Below, in pieces: positions 18,744-28,586 of a DNA stretch of 54,547 nt. The notes below the pieces were generated by a model. It worked only from the letters and a program-made list of their open reading frames with translations. It was not told the DNA's origin and made no database searches. Numbering within the stretch: position 1 is the first letter of the stretch; every line of letters begins with the position of its first letter. The position numbers and the translations under genes were made by a program. Origin of the DNA: a virus (taxonomy: Duplodnaviria > Heunggongvirae > Uroviricota > Caudoviricetes); the IMG/VR virus record IMGVR_UViG_3300046477_000062, positions 1 through 54,547 of that record. The stretch is one strand, 5' to 3'.

Positions 18744-19247
18744 ATGAGTAATCCCGAAGATTTGGTTGTCGAACACATCGAAATCGATGTAGAGGAAGTA
18801 AAGGAACAAGAATACAACCGTGGCATCTTCTGTCGCGCCATCCGCTTCAAGGGTGGCGAAGAAATCGTTACGGGTGTTCACGTTGACGACATGGACTGGA
18901 CGGTGAAGAAGTTCGTCACCATCCATCAACCGATGGTCATCGACGCATCTTCTGGAAAGATGGTTCCTTGGTCGAGCGTCGGTAATCAATACGCGTATGA
19001 GATTTCGACGGACATGATCCGCTCGATGTACGAAGTGCGCGTGAGGACTATCGATCAGTGGTCCGATGCATCGGCAGAACAGCACTATGCCTTCTTGCGT
19101 GAAGACTTGCTCGATCCTACCCTGCCCGATGAAGAACGTGAAGCCATCGAACAAGAACTGGCCGACGCTGAAGATGGTTCACAAGAACCGGACTTCGAAG
19201 TGCCTGAGATGTTTGGCTATCTGGCAGTCACAAAAACCCTGCAATAA
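18744..19247 (+). CDS. Hypothetical protein (Sm-like GGEEIV motif, acidic)
   Basis: Located between uvsW and gp55; similar GEE motif in ORF 31370. Confidence 0.7.
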   Translation: MSNPEDLVVEHIEIDVEEVKEQEYNRGIFCRAIRFKGGEEIVTGVHVDDMDWTVKKFVTIHQPMVIDASSGKMVPWSSVGNQYAYEISTDMIRSMYEVRVRTIDQWSDASAEQHYAFLREDLLDPTLPDEEREAIEQELADAEDGSQEPDFEVPEMFGYLAVTKTLQ

Positions 19248-19289
19248 ATAGAAGGTTAACCCTTCAGTTCTCGCGAAGCGCGCCCGGAC

Positions 19290-19314
19290 TTGTTCCGGGC
19301 TTTTCCCTGTTTAC
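19290..19314 (+). terminator. Intrinsic terminator of the uvsW unit
   Basis: GCCCGGA-CTTGT-TCCGGGC followed by TTTT. Confidence 0.7.
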
Positions 19315-19431
19315 AACAGTTAACAACTAGTTAAACATCATTTAACGCCTTCGGCGTCTTCGCTTCGCTCAGAAGAACTTCTTGTCTTCGACTAATCAGT
19401 CACTAGTTCAAACACAGAAACCCGAAACAGC

Positions 19432-19460
19432 ATTATATCCATACTTGGGAATTCTGTCAA
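19432..19460 (-). promoter_or_regulatory. Minus-strand consensus sigma70 promoter with no downstream ORF
   Basis: Reverse complement reads TTGACA gaattCCCAAgtatgga TATAAT (17-bp spacer). Confidence 0.75.
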
Positions 19461-19519
19461 GAACTATTCACAACGCCAGTCCCCACTTCGTAGCCCAAAC
19501 GCGACAGTCCTCGCACGGA

Positions 19520-19548
19520 TTGACATGTTTGGGCTTTTGCTTTATAAT
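19520..19548 (+). promoter_or_regulatory. Sigma70 promoter for gp55
   Basis: TTGACA tgtTTGGGcttttgctt TATAAT. Confidence 0.8.
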
Positions 19549-19602
19549 GTCGTCTGACAATGTGAGAAGTAGCCTACATCATGAGGAACCCGGCACTATG
19601 AA

Positions 19603-20241
19603 ATGACCCTCAATTACACCATTTACGACGCTGACGCCTCTAGCAAGGAAGGTCAGTTTGATGACATCGAACTCCCGGAAGCTTTCGATGAACCTACAGA
19701 AAAGGTCCACTACGTTGACAACGATGTGATGTTGGCTGCGTGGCTTGCCTATCAGAAAGACCGAAAGGCGGCTGCTGATGCTGGCAAGGAAGACCCTGTG
19801 GTTCCGCGATACCTTGCCGACTGCATCCTGAAGATTTGCTATCGCCTCTCGTACAAGTACAACTTCATCAACTACTCGTTCCGCGACGAGATGATCAGTG
19901 ATGCGATTGAAAACTGTCTGCGCGGTATCAACACCTTCGATCCCGAGAAGTCCAAGTACATCTTCAGCTACTACACGACAGCCGCGTTCAACGCCTTCAT
20001 CCGGCGCATCCAACGTGAAGAAATTCAGGCCGCTGTGAAGGGCAAGATCATCAGCGAGATGGACATCGACAGCATCGTGCGTCAAGAACACGATAACGGC
20101 GAGTTCCAGACGGACTTGATCGAGTACATGAAGACGGCGCAGGACTATCGAGAAGCGCACGAAGAACGCAAGAAAAAAGAAAAGAAAGAAAAGACGGCGA
20201 AGGTCCATGACAACGCCATCACTTTTGACGAAGAAGAATGA
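19603..20241 (+). CDS. gp55: Late-transcription sigma factor
   Basis: HYVDN, FINYSFRDEMISDAIENCL, FDPEKS, FSYYT..AFNAFIRRIQRE. Confidence 0.94.
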   Translation: MTLNYTIYDADASSKEGQFDDIELPEAFDEPTEKVHYVDNDVMLAAWLAYQKDRKAAADAGKEDPVVPRYLADCILKICYRLSYKYNFINYSFRDEMISDAIENCLRGINTFDPEKSKYIFSYYTTAAFNAFIRRIQREEIQAAVKGKIISEMDIDSIVRQEHDNGEFQTDLIEYMKTAQDYREAHEERKKKEKKEKTAKVHDNAITFDEEE

Positions 20242-20762
20242 ACGACATCAACAGCCAAGACCAGTTGCAAGTCATGTTGGACTTGGAAACCCTTAGTCTT
20301 GCACCGCACGCCGTGATCGTCTCGATTGGGGCCACGAAGTTTACACTGAAAGACGGCATCATCGATACCTTCAGTGTGAACGTTGATCCCATTGATGGCC
20401 GCGATCTGGGTCTGGACATCGACCCGGAAACCATCGAGTGGTGGAAGAAGCAACCGAAGGAAATCTCCGACCTCTGGAAAGTCGATCCGAAGCCCGTAAA
20501 AGACGCGCTGACGGCCTTCTGTCTTTGGTATGGGGGAAAGTCTCTCCCTGTCTGGGCGAACAGCCCTACAGCCGATTGTGTGTGGATCAAGGAATCCATG
20601 AAGGTGACGAATGTCCCCTGTCCGTGGAACTTCCGAGACGAGTGCGACTATCGAACGCTGTGTAAGCTGTTGCCGACTGAGTACACCAAGGGCGACAAGG
20701 CGCATAGTTCACTGGACGACGCGATCTACCAAACCGAACACCTTTTGAAGATGTTTTCATGA
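20238..20762 (+). CDS. DEDDh 3'-5' exonuclease (Rv2179c / exonuclease VIII-like)
   Basis: MLDLETL, SIGA, W.FR...D.RT, HSSLDDAIYQ. Confidence 0.88.
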   Translation: MNDINSQDQLQVMLDLETLSLAPHAVIVSIGATKFTLKDGIIDTFSVNVDPIDGRDLGLDIDPETIEWWKKQPKEISDLWKVDPKPVKDALTAFCLWYGGKSLPVWANSPTADCVWIKESMKVTNVPCPWNFRDECDYRTLCKLLPTEYTKGDKAHSSLDDAIYQTEHLLKMFS

Positions 20763-21112
20763 GCATATATTCACAGCCCATTACCGGTCTGGACGCTTCG
20801 TTCATTCCGAGCATCCAATTACGAGCATCAAATGTCGATCCCATCGTCACCATTCCGAATCCGGAACACAACGACGACTACGCAGTCCTGAAGTTCTCCA
20901 ACGCCATGCGCGAGAAGCTTGCTAAGGCACGCGAAGCCGGTCGTGGTGGTTGGGAAGACCCACAGCAATGCGGCACGATGTATCTGCGTTACCTTCTCGA
21001 ATCTGAAATGGAAAAGCCGATCATCGATCTGGTTGATGTTGCCAACTACTGCATGATGCTGCATCAACGTGGCGTGCAGTTCCTTGACAATACCTACATC
21101 GATCAAGAATGA
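20759..21112 (+). CDS. Hypothetical protein with MazG-like all-alpha domain
   Basis: AMREKLAKAREAGRGGW...DLVDVANYCMMLHQR motif common in phages. Confidence 0.55.
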   Translation: MSIYSQPITGLDASFIPSIQLRASNVDPIVTIPNPEHNDDYAVLKFSNAMREKLAKAREAGRGGWEDPQQCGTMYLRYLLESEMEKPIIDLVDVANYCMMLHQRGVQFLDNTYIDQE

Positions 21113-21330
21113 CCAAGACGCTTCCTCATGATGCAGCAAGACGCCTAGAGACGCTTCATTTAGAGGAAGCAGCGATCATGGCGGCAAAGATGTTTGGATT
21201 CCGCACCGATGCGGACCTCTATAAACTGAAGCTGGTTGTCGATCAGTTTTACCATCAACAACTAGCCATAGAAGAAGCACAACGAGAACTAGAACGTGAA
21301 AACAATGGCTATTACGATCAAGCACGCTGA
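21109..21330 (+). CDS. Hypothetical protein
   Basis: Coupled 73 aa ORF. Confidence 0.55.
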   Translation: MTKTLPHDAARRLETLHLEEAAIMAAKMFGFRTDADLYKLKLVVDQFYHQQLAIEEAQRELERENNGYYDQAR

Positions 21331-21790
21331 TGAACTCCATCTGTCGGTCTTGAAGCAGATCGATGACATCTGGAAGATGACCCGTGACCAAGTATCAGCA
21401 CTGATTGATGAACTATATCAGTACGTCCCCGAAGAAGGCCCGGACGATTCGATCCGTGCATACTTTGGTGAAGAACTCGATCAGGCTTTACTTGACCGAT
21501 ACGACGAGATTTATGCCGAAATCGAACGAAAGCGGAACGAAGAAGTTACGGTCGATGGCGTGACGTACAAGGTTATTCAGTTCTTCGATGTATATCACCT
21601 TGGTTGGGAATTGGATACCAAGGCGTGGGTTGTTGAGAAAGACGGCGGTGTTGCGCTTGTCCATTCTAACCACGGCACAAACTACTTCGTGGAAGATGGC
21701 ATCACCTTCCTGAAGTCCAAGGTCAAGGAACTGAATGGCAACGTGAAGACCATGAAGACATCAATCTCTATTCTGGAACTTAATGACTAA
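21296..21790 (+). CDS. Hypothetical protein
   Basis: Coupled ORF directly upstream of gp47. Confidence 0.65.
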   Translation: MKTMAITIKHADELHLSVLKQIDDIWKMTRDQVSALIDELYQYVPEEGPDDSIRAYFGEELDQALLDRYDEIYAEIERKRNEEVTVDGVTYKVIQFFDVYHLGWELDTKAWVVEKDGGVALVHSNHGTNYFVEDGITFLKSKVKELNGNVKTMKTSISILELND

Positions 21791-22832
21791 AGCTGCATAC
21801 CTTGGCGATACGCACTTCGGCTACTCGGACGGCAAGCTGGCGACCCACAAGTACTTTGAACGTGTGTATGGCGAATGGATGATCCCTCTGCTGATCGAAC
21901 GTGGCATCCGCACCGTGTTCCAATTTGGTGACATGTTCGACAAGCGCAAGGGCGTTGATTCGTTCAGTGCTTCCGAAGCCAAACGATACTTCTTCGATCC
22001 GCTTCAGGAAGCCGGTATCCAGATCATCGCGCTGATCGGCAACCATGATGCGTTCTTCACGAACAGTATCGATGTGAATAGCCCTGACCTTCTGTTGAAG
22101 GACTATTCGAACGTCAAGCTGATTCAGGAACCGCGCGTGATCAACCTCGGCACGGCATCCATCGACATCGTTCCGTGGATTTGTCGAGACAACGCCGATG
22201 AAATCACGGCATACATCAACAAGTCGAATTCTGACTACCTGCTGGGTCACTTCGAAATCGAAGGGTTCGCGATGTACAAGGGCGTCGAAGCACAACATGG
22301 TCTGTCGCGCGATCTGTTCAAGAAGTATAAGAAGGTCTATTCGGGCCACTATCACACGCGTAGTGACGATGGGAACATCATGTACGTGGGTACGCCATGT
22401 GAGATGAACTGGAACGACTACGACGATCCTCGCGGCATCCATATCTTTGATAGCGAGACGGGTGAGACTGAGTTCATTCCATGTCCCTTCACGTTGCACA
22501 CGAAGCTGATCTACAACGAAGATGTCGTCAGCATCAAGAAGCTTCCTGACATCAAAGACAAGTACGTCAAGCTGATTGTCGAGAAGCGCACGGACTTCAA
22601 GAAGTATGACAAGTACGTCGAAGCACTGAACGAACTTGGTGCGCATGATCTGAAGATCATCGAAGACTTCTCGCAGTTCGATGACGTTGAAGTATCGGTT
22701 GATTCGGTCAAGGCCAATGATACGCCTACCCTGCTTCAGAACTATGTGGACGAGACGGAAACCGATCTGGACAAAGACCGCCTGAAGCGCGAACTTCTGC
22801 AACTGTACGTCGAAGCACAGGAAGTCGAATGA
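21783..22832 (+). CDS. gp47: Recombination endonuclease subunit (Mre11/SbcD-like)
   Basis: GDTHFG, GDMFD, GNHD, GHFE, SGHYH, YVGTP. Confidence 0.95.
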   Translation: MTKAAYLGDTHFGYSDGKLATHKYFERVYGEWMIPLLIERGIRTVFQFGDMFDKRKGVDSFSASEAKRYFFDPLQEAGIQIIALIGNHDAFFTNSIDVNSPDLLLKDYSNVKLIQEPRVINLGTASIDIVPWICRDNADEITAYINKSNSDYLLGHFEIEGFAMYKGVEAQHGLSRDLFKKYKKVYSGHYHTRSDDGNIMYVGTPCEMNWNDYDDPRGIHIFDSETGETEFIPCPFTLHTKLIYNEDVVSIKKLPDIKDKYVKLIVEKRTDFKKYDKYVEALNELGAHDLKIIEDFSQFDDVEVSVDSVKANDTPTLLQNYVDETETDLDKDRLKRELLQLYVEAQEVE

Positions 22833-23230
22833 AGCTGATCGTCGCTGGTTCCCGCAAGCTGCGCAACCGTGACGCCGTGTATCGAGAACTGGATCAGCGT
22901 CGCCAAGGCATCAGCGAAATCGTCTGTGGCATGGCGCTGGTCTGGAAGTGGAAGGATGACCCTGAGATTGGTGGTCCAGACCGATACGGGCACGATTGGG
23001 CCTGTTTAAACGGCATCGACGTTAAGCCCTTCCCGGCAGTCTGGGACTACGGTTCGCGCGCTGGCTTCATGCGCAACGAAGACATGGCCGGGTATGCGGA
23101 TGCATTGTTGGCCTTCCTCCCAAACGAACCGACATCAGGTACACAAGACATGATCGACCGCATGAAGAAGCGAAAGAAGCCGTTCATCATCGTGTATGAA
23201 ACTTCATCATTGGATTCACTCTTTATATGA
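22829..23230 (+). CDS. SLOG-family (YspA/DUF2493-like) protein
   Basis: LIVAGSR, IVCGMA, AGFMRNEDM, SGTQDMI. Confidence 0.82.
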   Translation: MKLIVAGSRKLRNRDAVYRELDQRRQGISEIVCGMALVWKWKDDPEIGGPDRYGHDWACLNGIDVKPFPAVWDYGSRAGFMRNEDMAGYADALLAFLPNEPTSGTQDMIDRMKKRKKPFIIVYETSSLDSLFI

Positions 23231-23445
23231 CAATTCATCCGTGGGGCTACAAAGAATACGTTGATCCTCAGTTGACCGTTCGCCACGATCACGAAGCCTA
23301 TATCAAGGGTTGGGTTCAATTACTTGATGGTGTAGATCGTGGCTACTACATCAACAGCAATCCTTATTCGAAGCACTACAACTATTCGCGTCACAAGTCA
23401 TGGGAAGCTGGTCGTGACGACGCATGGGAATATCTGAACACATGA
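23227..23445 (+). CDS. Hypothetical protein
   Basis: Coupled 72 aa ORF (NPY...SWEAG). Confidence 0.6.
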   Translation: MTIHPWGYKEYVDPQLTVRHDHEAYIKGWVQLLDGVDRGYYINSNPYSKHYNYSRHKSWEAGRDDAWEYLNT

Positions 23446-25151
23446 TACTTTTCGAAGAAGTAAGGTACGCTAACATCCTCGCAACAGGTAGCCCCTTCAC
23501 GGTTATCCGGCTCGATGCTGCACCAACTACCCTGTTCACTGGCAAGAATGGTTCAGGTAAGTCCACGTTCATCGAAGCGATCACGTTTGCGCTGTACAAC
23601 AAGGCGTACCGCAAGATCGTCAAGCCTGACCTTCTGAACACGATCAACAATAAGGCATTGCTTGTCGAACTGGACTTCAGACTCAATGGTAAGAAGTACA
23701 CCGTGCGTCGTGGCATTAAGCCATCGGTGTTCGAAATCCTGATTGATGGTGAGGCATACAAGACCAAGCCGGGACTAGACGATCAGACCTATCTTGAAGA
23801 TGTTGTGCTTGGTATGAACTACAAAACGTTCGTCCAGACAGTCATCATTGGCAAGGCGACATACACCCCTTTCATGCAGTTGACTGGTCCGCAGAGACGC
23901 GACATCGTTGAGGAACTTCTTGACATCCGCGTGTACGGCACGATGGTCGATCTGCTGAAAAAGAAAGTAAGTGAATCAAAACTCAGACTTAAAGACATCG
24001 AAGACGAAATCCGCATCGCCACGAATAAGGTCGATGTTCAGAAGGCTTACGTCAAGACTCTACATGATGACCGTTCGAAGAAGGTTGATGAAGCACGGTC
24101 CCAGATCGCAGATGCACAAGCCATCATCGATAAGGCCGTTCAGGACATCAACAGCCTGATAGAACAACGTGAAGCACTGGAAGCCAAGGCTGACGATAGC
24201 GGCGCTGCTGACCGTATGGCGAAGCTGAAGCCGCTGGCCTCGAAGCTGGTTGAGAACGTTCAGAAGTTGCGCGAAGAAATCGAGTTCTTCGAGAACCATG
24301 ACGACTGCCCTGTCTGTCAGCAAGCGATCAACGACGAGTTCAAGACATCGGCCATCGAAGAACGCAACACGAAGGTCTTCCATATGAAGGACGGAAGCCT
24401 GAAGCTGCGCGAACAGATCGAAGCTACACAAGCCCGTCTCGATGAAATTACGGCACTGAATGGCGAGATTCGTAAGCTGGACAAAGAGATTGGCAACCTT
24501 CAACAGACCATCTCGCTTGAACAGCGCACTATCGCGCGTCTCGATGCAAGCCTTCGCGAAGAACAAGGCGCAACGGGCAACATCGAAGAAGAACAGGCGA
24601 AGCTTGCTGAGTATGCGCAAGCCGTGATGGAACTCAACGACAAGAAGACCGTCGAGACAGAGACGAAGCATTATCTTGACGCACAGGCCATCATGCTGAA
24701 GGATACCGGCATCAAGGCCAACGTGATCAAGCAGTACATCCCGGTGATGAACAAGCTGATCAACGAATACCTGCTGGAACTGGACTTCTTTGCGTCGTTC
24801 AACATCGATGAAAACTTCGAAGAAGTGATCCGGTCGCGCAACCGGGACGAACTGAAGTATGAGTCCTACAGCGAAGGCGAAAAGCTGAAGATCGATATGT
24901 CCCTGCTGTTCACATGGGTCCGTATCGCTCGGATGAAGAACACGGTCGCAACCAACCTACTGATCTTCGATGAAGTGACGGACGCTGGACTGGACACGGA
25001 TTCTTCCGGTCACATTGTAGGCATCTTGAAAGAACTGGCAAAAACTGCAAACGTGTTCGTCATTTCACATCACCCTGACCTGTATATCGACAAGTTCGAC
25101 CGGCATCTGAAGTTCGCTAAGGTAAACAACTACTCGATTCTGCTGGACTAA
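23442..25151 (+). CDS. gp46: Recombination ATPase subunit (Rad50/SbcC-like)
   Basis: GKNGSGKST, CPVC zinc hook, YSEGEK signature, LIFDE Walker B; start at ATG 23442. Confidence 0.96.
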   Translation: MILFEEVRYANILATGSPFTVIRLDAAPTTLFTGKNGSGKSTFIEAITFALYNKAYRKIVKPDLLNTINNKALLVELDFRLNGKKYTVRRGIKPSVFEILIDGEAYKTKPGLDDQTYLEDVVLGMNYKTFVQTVIIGKATYTPFMQLTGPQRRDIVEELLDIRVYGTMVDLLKKKVSESKLRLKDIEDEIRIATNKVDVQKAYVKTLHDDRSKKVDEARSQIADAQAIIDKAVQDINSLIEQREALEAKADDSGAADRMAKLKPLASKLVENVQKLREEIEFFENHDDCPVCQQAINDEFKTSAIEERNTKVFHMKDGSLKLREQIEATQARLDEITALNGEIRKLDKEIGNLQQTISLEQRTIARLDASLREEQGATGNIEEEQAKLAEYAQAVMELNDKKTVETETKHYLDAQAIMLKDTGIKANVIKQYIPVMNKLINEYLLELDFFASFNIDENFEEVIRSRNRDELKYESYSEGEKLKIDMSLLFTWVRIARMKNTVATNLLIFDEVTDAGLDTDSSGHIVGILKELAKTANVFVISHHPDLYIDKFDRHLKFAKVNNYSILLD

Positions 25152-25314
25152 GTGCGAAACCGCACATAGAATGCTACGGAAACCCCAACCGTGTTGAAAA
25201 TTGTTGTTGACAACACATTTGGGGTTCGGTTATAGTTCATCCCATCGACGGCGCACTAACAAAACGACGCCGGAAAGCGAGGATCATCAAAAAAATTATA
25301 GGAAGGGAAGAATT

Positions 25315-26247
25315 ATGCCGAAGGGAGTTGCTAAATCTGGTTTGCGCATGACCAAACAACGTCTTGCAGCGTTCGAAATGACGAACCCGGAAGCTGCACA
25401 GGCTTATCGCGAACAACAAGCCAAGAAGAACCCGTTGCATCTGGTCCAACTTCATGCCGACACGCTGGCGGAACAATTGATTCCAGTCGAGCGCACGGAT
25501 GGAGAAATCGAAGAACGGTTGAATGACCTGTTCGAAGCGATGGACATCATGACGGAAGCAACGGCCCACGGTATGAATCGTTCCCTGATCATCAGCGGTC
25601 CAGCAGGTATCGGCAAGACGTTCGGTGTCGAGAAGGTTCTGGGAAACCTCGGTGCGAACTATCATGTGAAGCAAGTGTCTGGCTTCATGCGTTTGACCGG
25701 TCTGTACCGTCTGTTCTACGAGAACCGCCACAAGAACTGCACCATCGTCTTCGATGATTCTGACTCGATCTTCGCTGATGAAGACAAGCTGAACCTACTG
25801 AAGAACGCGACGGACACCAAGGACGTTCGCAAGCTGTCATGGGGTGCAGAGACGATGATGGAGACGGAGAATGGCCAAGCGATTCCACGCGAGTTCGTCT
25901 TCGAAGGCAACGTGATCTTCATCACCAACACGGACATGCAATCGATGGTGGATCGTGGTGGACGCCTGTCGGAACACTTCGAAGCCCTGATCAGCCGGTC
26001 GCATTATCTGGCCGTGTCGATGCCCGAGAAGCAGGACTACATCGTGCGCATCAAGCAAGTGCTTCGTGGTGGAATGCTGCGCAATCTGGGCTTCTCTGTG
26101 TCGGATGAACAGATCATCGTCGGCTTCATGGAAGACAACGCAGAACGCCTTCGTGAACTGTCACTTCGGATGGTCCTGAAGTTGGCGCAACTGGCGAAGA
26201 TGTCCCCGAAGTGGGAACGACTCGCCGCTGCAACCTGCATGAAGTAA
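25315..26247 (+). CDS. AAA+/P-loop ATPase
   Basis: SGPAGIGKT, VFDDSD, VIFITN, ALISRS; promoter TTGACA-18-TATAGT at 25207-25236. Confidence 0.85.
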   Translation: MPKGVAKSGLRMTKQRLAAFEMTNPEAAQAYREQQAKKNPLHLVQLHADTLAEQLIPVERTDGEIEERLNDLFEAMDIMTEATAHGMNRSLIISGPAGIGKTFGVEKVLGNLGANYHVKQVSGFMRLTGLYRLFYENRHKNCTIVFDDSDSIFADEDKLNLLKNATDTKDVRKLSWGAETMMETENGQAIPREFVFEGNVIFITNTDMQSMVDRGGRLSEHFEALISRSHYLAVSMPEKQDYIVRIKQVLRGGMLRNLGFSVSDEQIIVGFMEDNAERLRELSLRMVLKLAQLAKMSPKWERLAAATCMK

Positions 26248-26348
26248 TAGGTTGCATACAGCAAAACAAAGAATCCCCAAGTTTGTTATTGACAGACTTG
26301 GGGATTTTGCTTTATAATGACGGTTATGTTGATTTAGGAGATTCGCAC

Positions 26349-26579
26349 ATGTATGATATTCTGGTGTTCCACGGCGAAAAGTTGTATCAAGTGACGTTCA
26401 ATGGCAAAACTGCCATCAGCGTGTACGTCCGTATCGACGGGCGCTGGAAGTCCTGTGAACATTGGCGTCGTGTGTGGGACTTTTGTCAGGACACCACATC
26501 GAAGAAGGTCACGGCCATCATCGAACAAGCTGTTGCGAATCGGGAAGCCGGAAAGAAGGCTGCACAGAAGAAAGAGTAG
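26349..26579 (+). CDS. Hypothetical protein
   Basis: RBS TAGGAG; promoter TTGACA-18-TATAAT at 26289-26318. Confidence 0.7.
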   Translation: MYDILVFHGEKLYQVTFNGKTAISVYVRIDGRWKSCEHWRRVWDFCQDTTSKKVTAIIEQAVANREAGKKAAQKKE

Positions 26580-26590
26580 AGAACTAGAGA

Positions 26591-27688
26591 ATGTTTACAT
26601 CGCAAGAACTGCAACAACTGAAATCCCTGCTGTCCGAGAAGATTGACGACATGGAAGTGGTGCGTCGAGAACTGAAGCACGCCATCTCGTATGCAGTGAA
26701 GTATAAGAAGCCGTTTGTGGCAACGGGTCAGAAAGAAGTGGTCGATGTCGTCAACGGCCACATCACGGAAGACTACAAAGAAATCGACAAGCTGGACAAG
26801 AAGCTGAAGAAGCTTCGTGAATTGCAGAAGTCGGTGAAGAACGCGATGGTTGAGAACACAGCGGCTGGTCGCTTCAACCGCGAGTATGGCGAAGAAGGTT
26901 GGGAAGCATCGTCGTCGTGGGAAGACTACGTTGGTGACTATGAAGCGCCGCCACCAAATCAAGCACTGACCGAAGCGATGGACCGTTTCAAGGCCGTCCC
27001 GACAAGCCACGCCGGATACGTCAAGATGGTCCCGAATGAACCCGTTGAATGTTTGCTGATGTCGAGCAACGAAGGCTGGAAAGACAACAAGATGGAAGAA
27101 TTCATCCAGTGGCACAATCCCAACAAGTTGGAAACGAAGGACTTCTGGCCGACTCCCGGCGCAAGCGCAACCATCATCACAAACACGTCGAATCCGGTCA
27201 AGGTCGTCACCCTTCCGTATATCGAACAACCTGCTGTAGAAGCTTCTGATGTGTCATCAAAGCCGTCGAATCCGAAGGACGCGATTGGGTCGGGTAAGTT
27301 GCCGATTCACCTGTGGCCGAATACGGCAACCGCAATGGGTTGCATCGGGTTCCTGAACGGCATGTTGAAGTATGGTCGATCCAACTTCCGCGCTATCGGT
27401 ATCCGTGCCTCGATCTACTACGATGCCGCCAAGCGCCATCTGGATGCATGGTTCGAAGGTGAAGAATGTGATCCCGATGATGATGTCCCTCACCTTGCCG
27501 CTGCATTGGCCTGTATCGCTATCATCGTGGACGCTGAAGCCGCTGGCAAGCTGAATGATGACCGTGCCTATCCGGGTGGCTATCGTGCCCTTGTAGAGCG
27601 TCTTACGCCGCTTGTCGGGCAACTGAAGAAGCATCACGAAAGCAAGAATCCGCATCATTTCACTATTGCAGACGTGAAGGCTGTCTGA
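26591..27688 (+). CDS. N-terminal coiled-coil region fused to a DUF5664-like dATP/dGTP diphosphohydrolase domain
   Basis: C-terminal NPKDAIGSGKLP...G..KYGRSN...YYDAAKRHL.AWFEGE..DPD..VPHLAAA.ACIAI. Confidence 0.75.
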   Translation: MFTSQELQQLKSLLSEKIDDMEVVRRELKHAISYAVKYKKPFVATGQKEVVDVVNGHITEDYKEIDKLDKKLKKLRELQKSVKNAMVENTAAGRFNREYGEEGWEASSSWEDYVGDYEAPPPNQALTEAMDRFKAVPTSHAGYVKMVPNEPVECLLMSSNEGWKDNKMEEFIQWHNPNKLETKDFWPTPGASATIITNTSNPVKVVTLPYIEQPAVEASDVSSKPSNPKDAIGSGKLPIHLWPNTATAMGCIGFLNGMLKYGRSNFRAIGIRASIYYDAAKRHLDAWFEGEECDPDDDVPHLAAALACIAIIVDAEAAGKLNDDRAYPGGYRALVERLTPLVGQLKKHHESKNPHHFTIADVKAV

Positions 27689-27750
27689 TAGAATTCCCAA
27701 GGTTGGTCATCCGATCAACCTTACTTTGAGAAACATACGAAATACCAAAC

Positions 27751-28407
27751 ATGCAAATTTCCGCCGCAACCCTCGCCGTACTCAAAAACTTCGCACAGAT
27801 CAACACGAACATTCTCGTTCGTGAAGGTAACGAACTGCGCACGATCAGCACCATGAAAGACATCTTCGCGGTCGCGAAGGTCGAAGAAACGTTCGAGAAG
27901 GAATTCGCGATCTACGATCTGACTTCCCTTCTCGCGCTGCTGACCCTGAACGAAAACCAAGAAGTCGAGTTCGGTGAATTGTCGCTGAAGATTTCGAAGG
28001 ACAACGGTGAGTTCGAGTACTACTATGCCGACCCGTCGATCATCGTGGCCCCGCCGAACAAGAACGTCACGGTGGACGAACACTTCGTCTTCAGTCTCAC
28101 CAAGGAAGAACTGACGACCATCATCAAGGCGGCTGCGATCATCTCGGCCCCGACGATCAGTTTCACGGCCAAGAACGGCACGGTGACGCTTTCCGTGGGC
28201 GATCCGAAGACGGCAGCATCGAATAGCTTCAAGAAGGCCGTAGGCGAATCGGAACACGACTTCAACGTCCAGTTGGCAGTCGGCAACCTGAAGGTCATCC
28301 CGGACAACTACGAAGTCGTACTGTCGAAGAAGAAGTTTGTCCACTTCCGCAACGAAGAACGCGGTCTGAAGTACTGGCTTGCCGCTGAACCGGTGTCGGT
28401 CATCTAA
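27751..28407 (+). CDS. gp45: Sliding clamp
   Basis: LKNFAQINTNI, EFAIYDL..LL, NLKVIPDNYEV, YWLAAE. Confidence 0.95.
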   Translation: MQISAATLAVLKNFAQINTNILVREGNELRTISTMKDIFAVAKVEETFEKEFAIYDLTSLLALLTLNENQEVEFGELSLKISKDNGEFEYYYADPSIIVAPPNKNVTVDEHFVFSLTKEELTTIIKAAAIISAPTISFTAKNGTVTLSVGDPKTAASNSFKKAVGESEHDFNVQLAVGNLKVIPDNYEVVLSKKKFVHFRNEERGLKYWLAAEPVSVI

Positions 28408-28586
28408 TGAGCGAACAGTTCATCGACGGTGCAGCTTGCCGTCTGTTTGAGGGGACCATGAAGTGGTGGCATGGCGACAAGGCCGACCGCCCTACATGGG
28501 ATTCCATCACAGAAGAAATGCGTGACGTATATCGCCAATCGGCACGCGACCGTGAATTCTACGCGAGACAAAATGAGCAACACTGA
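28407..28586 (+). CDS. Small hypothetical protein (59 aa, below the ORF-track cutoff)
   Basis: ATG overlaps the gp45 stop (TAATG): MSEQFIDGAACRLFEG... Confidence 0.55.
   Translation: MSEQFIDGAACRLFEGTMKWWHGDKADRPTWDSITEEMRDVYRQSARDREFYARQNEQH

Noticed and set aside
19581-19606. Minigenes MRNPAL* and MK* in the gp55 leader, the latter overlapping the gp55 ATG
   Set aside because: Could couple translation, but such short ORFs arise by chance; no supporting evidence.
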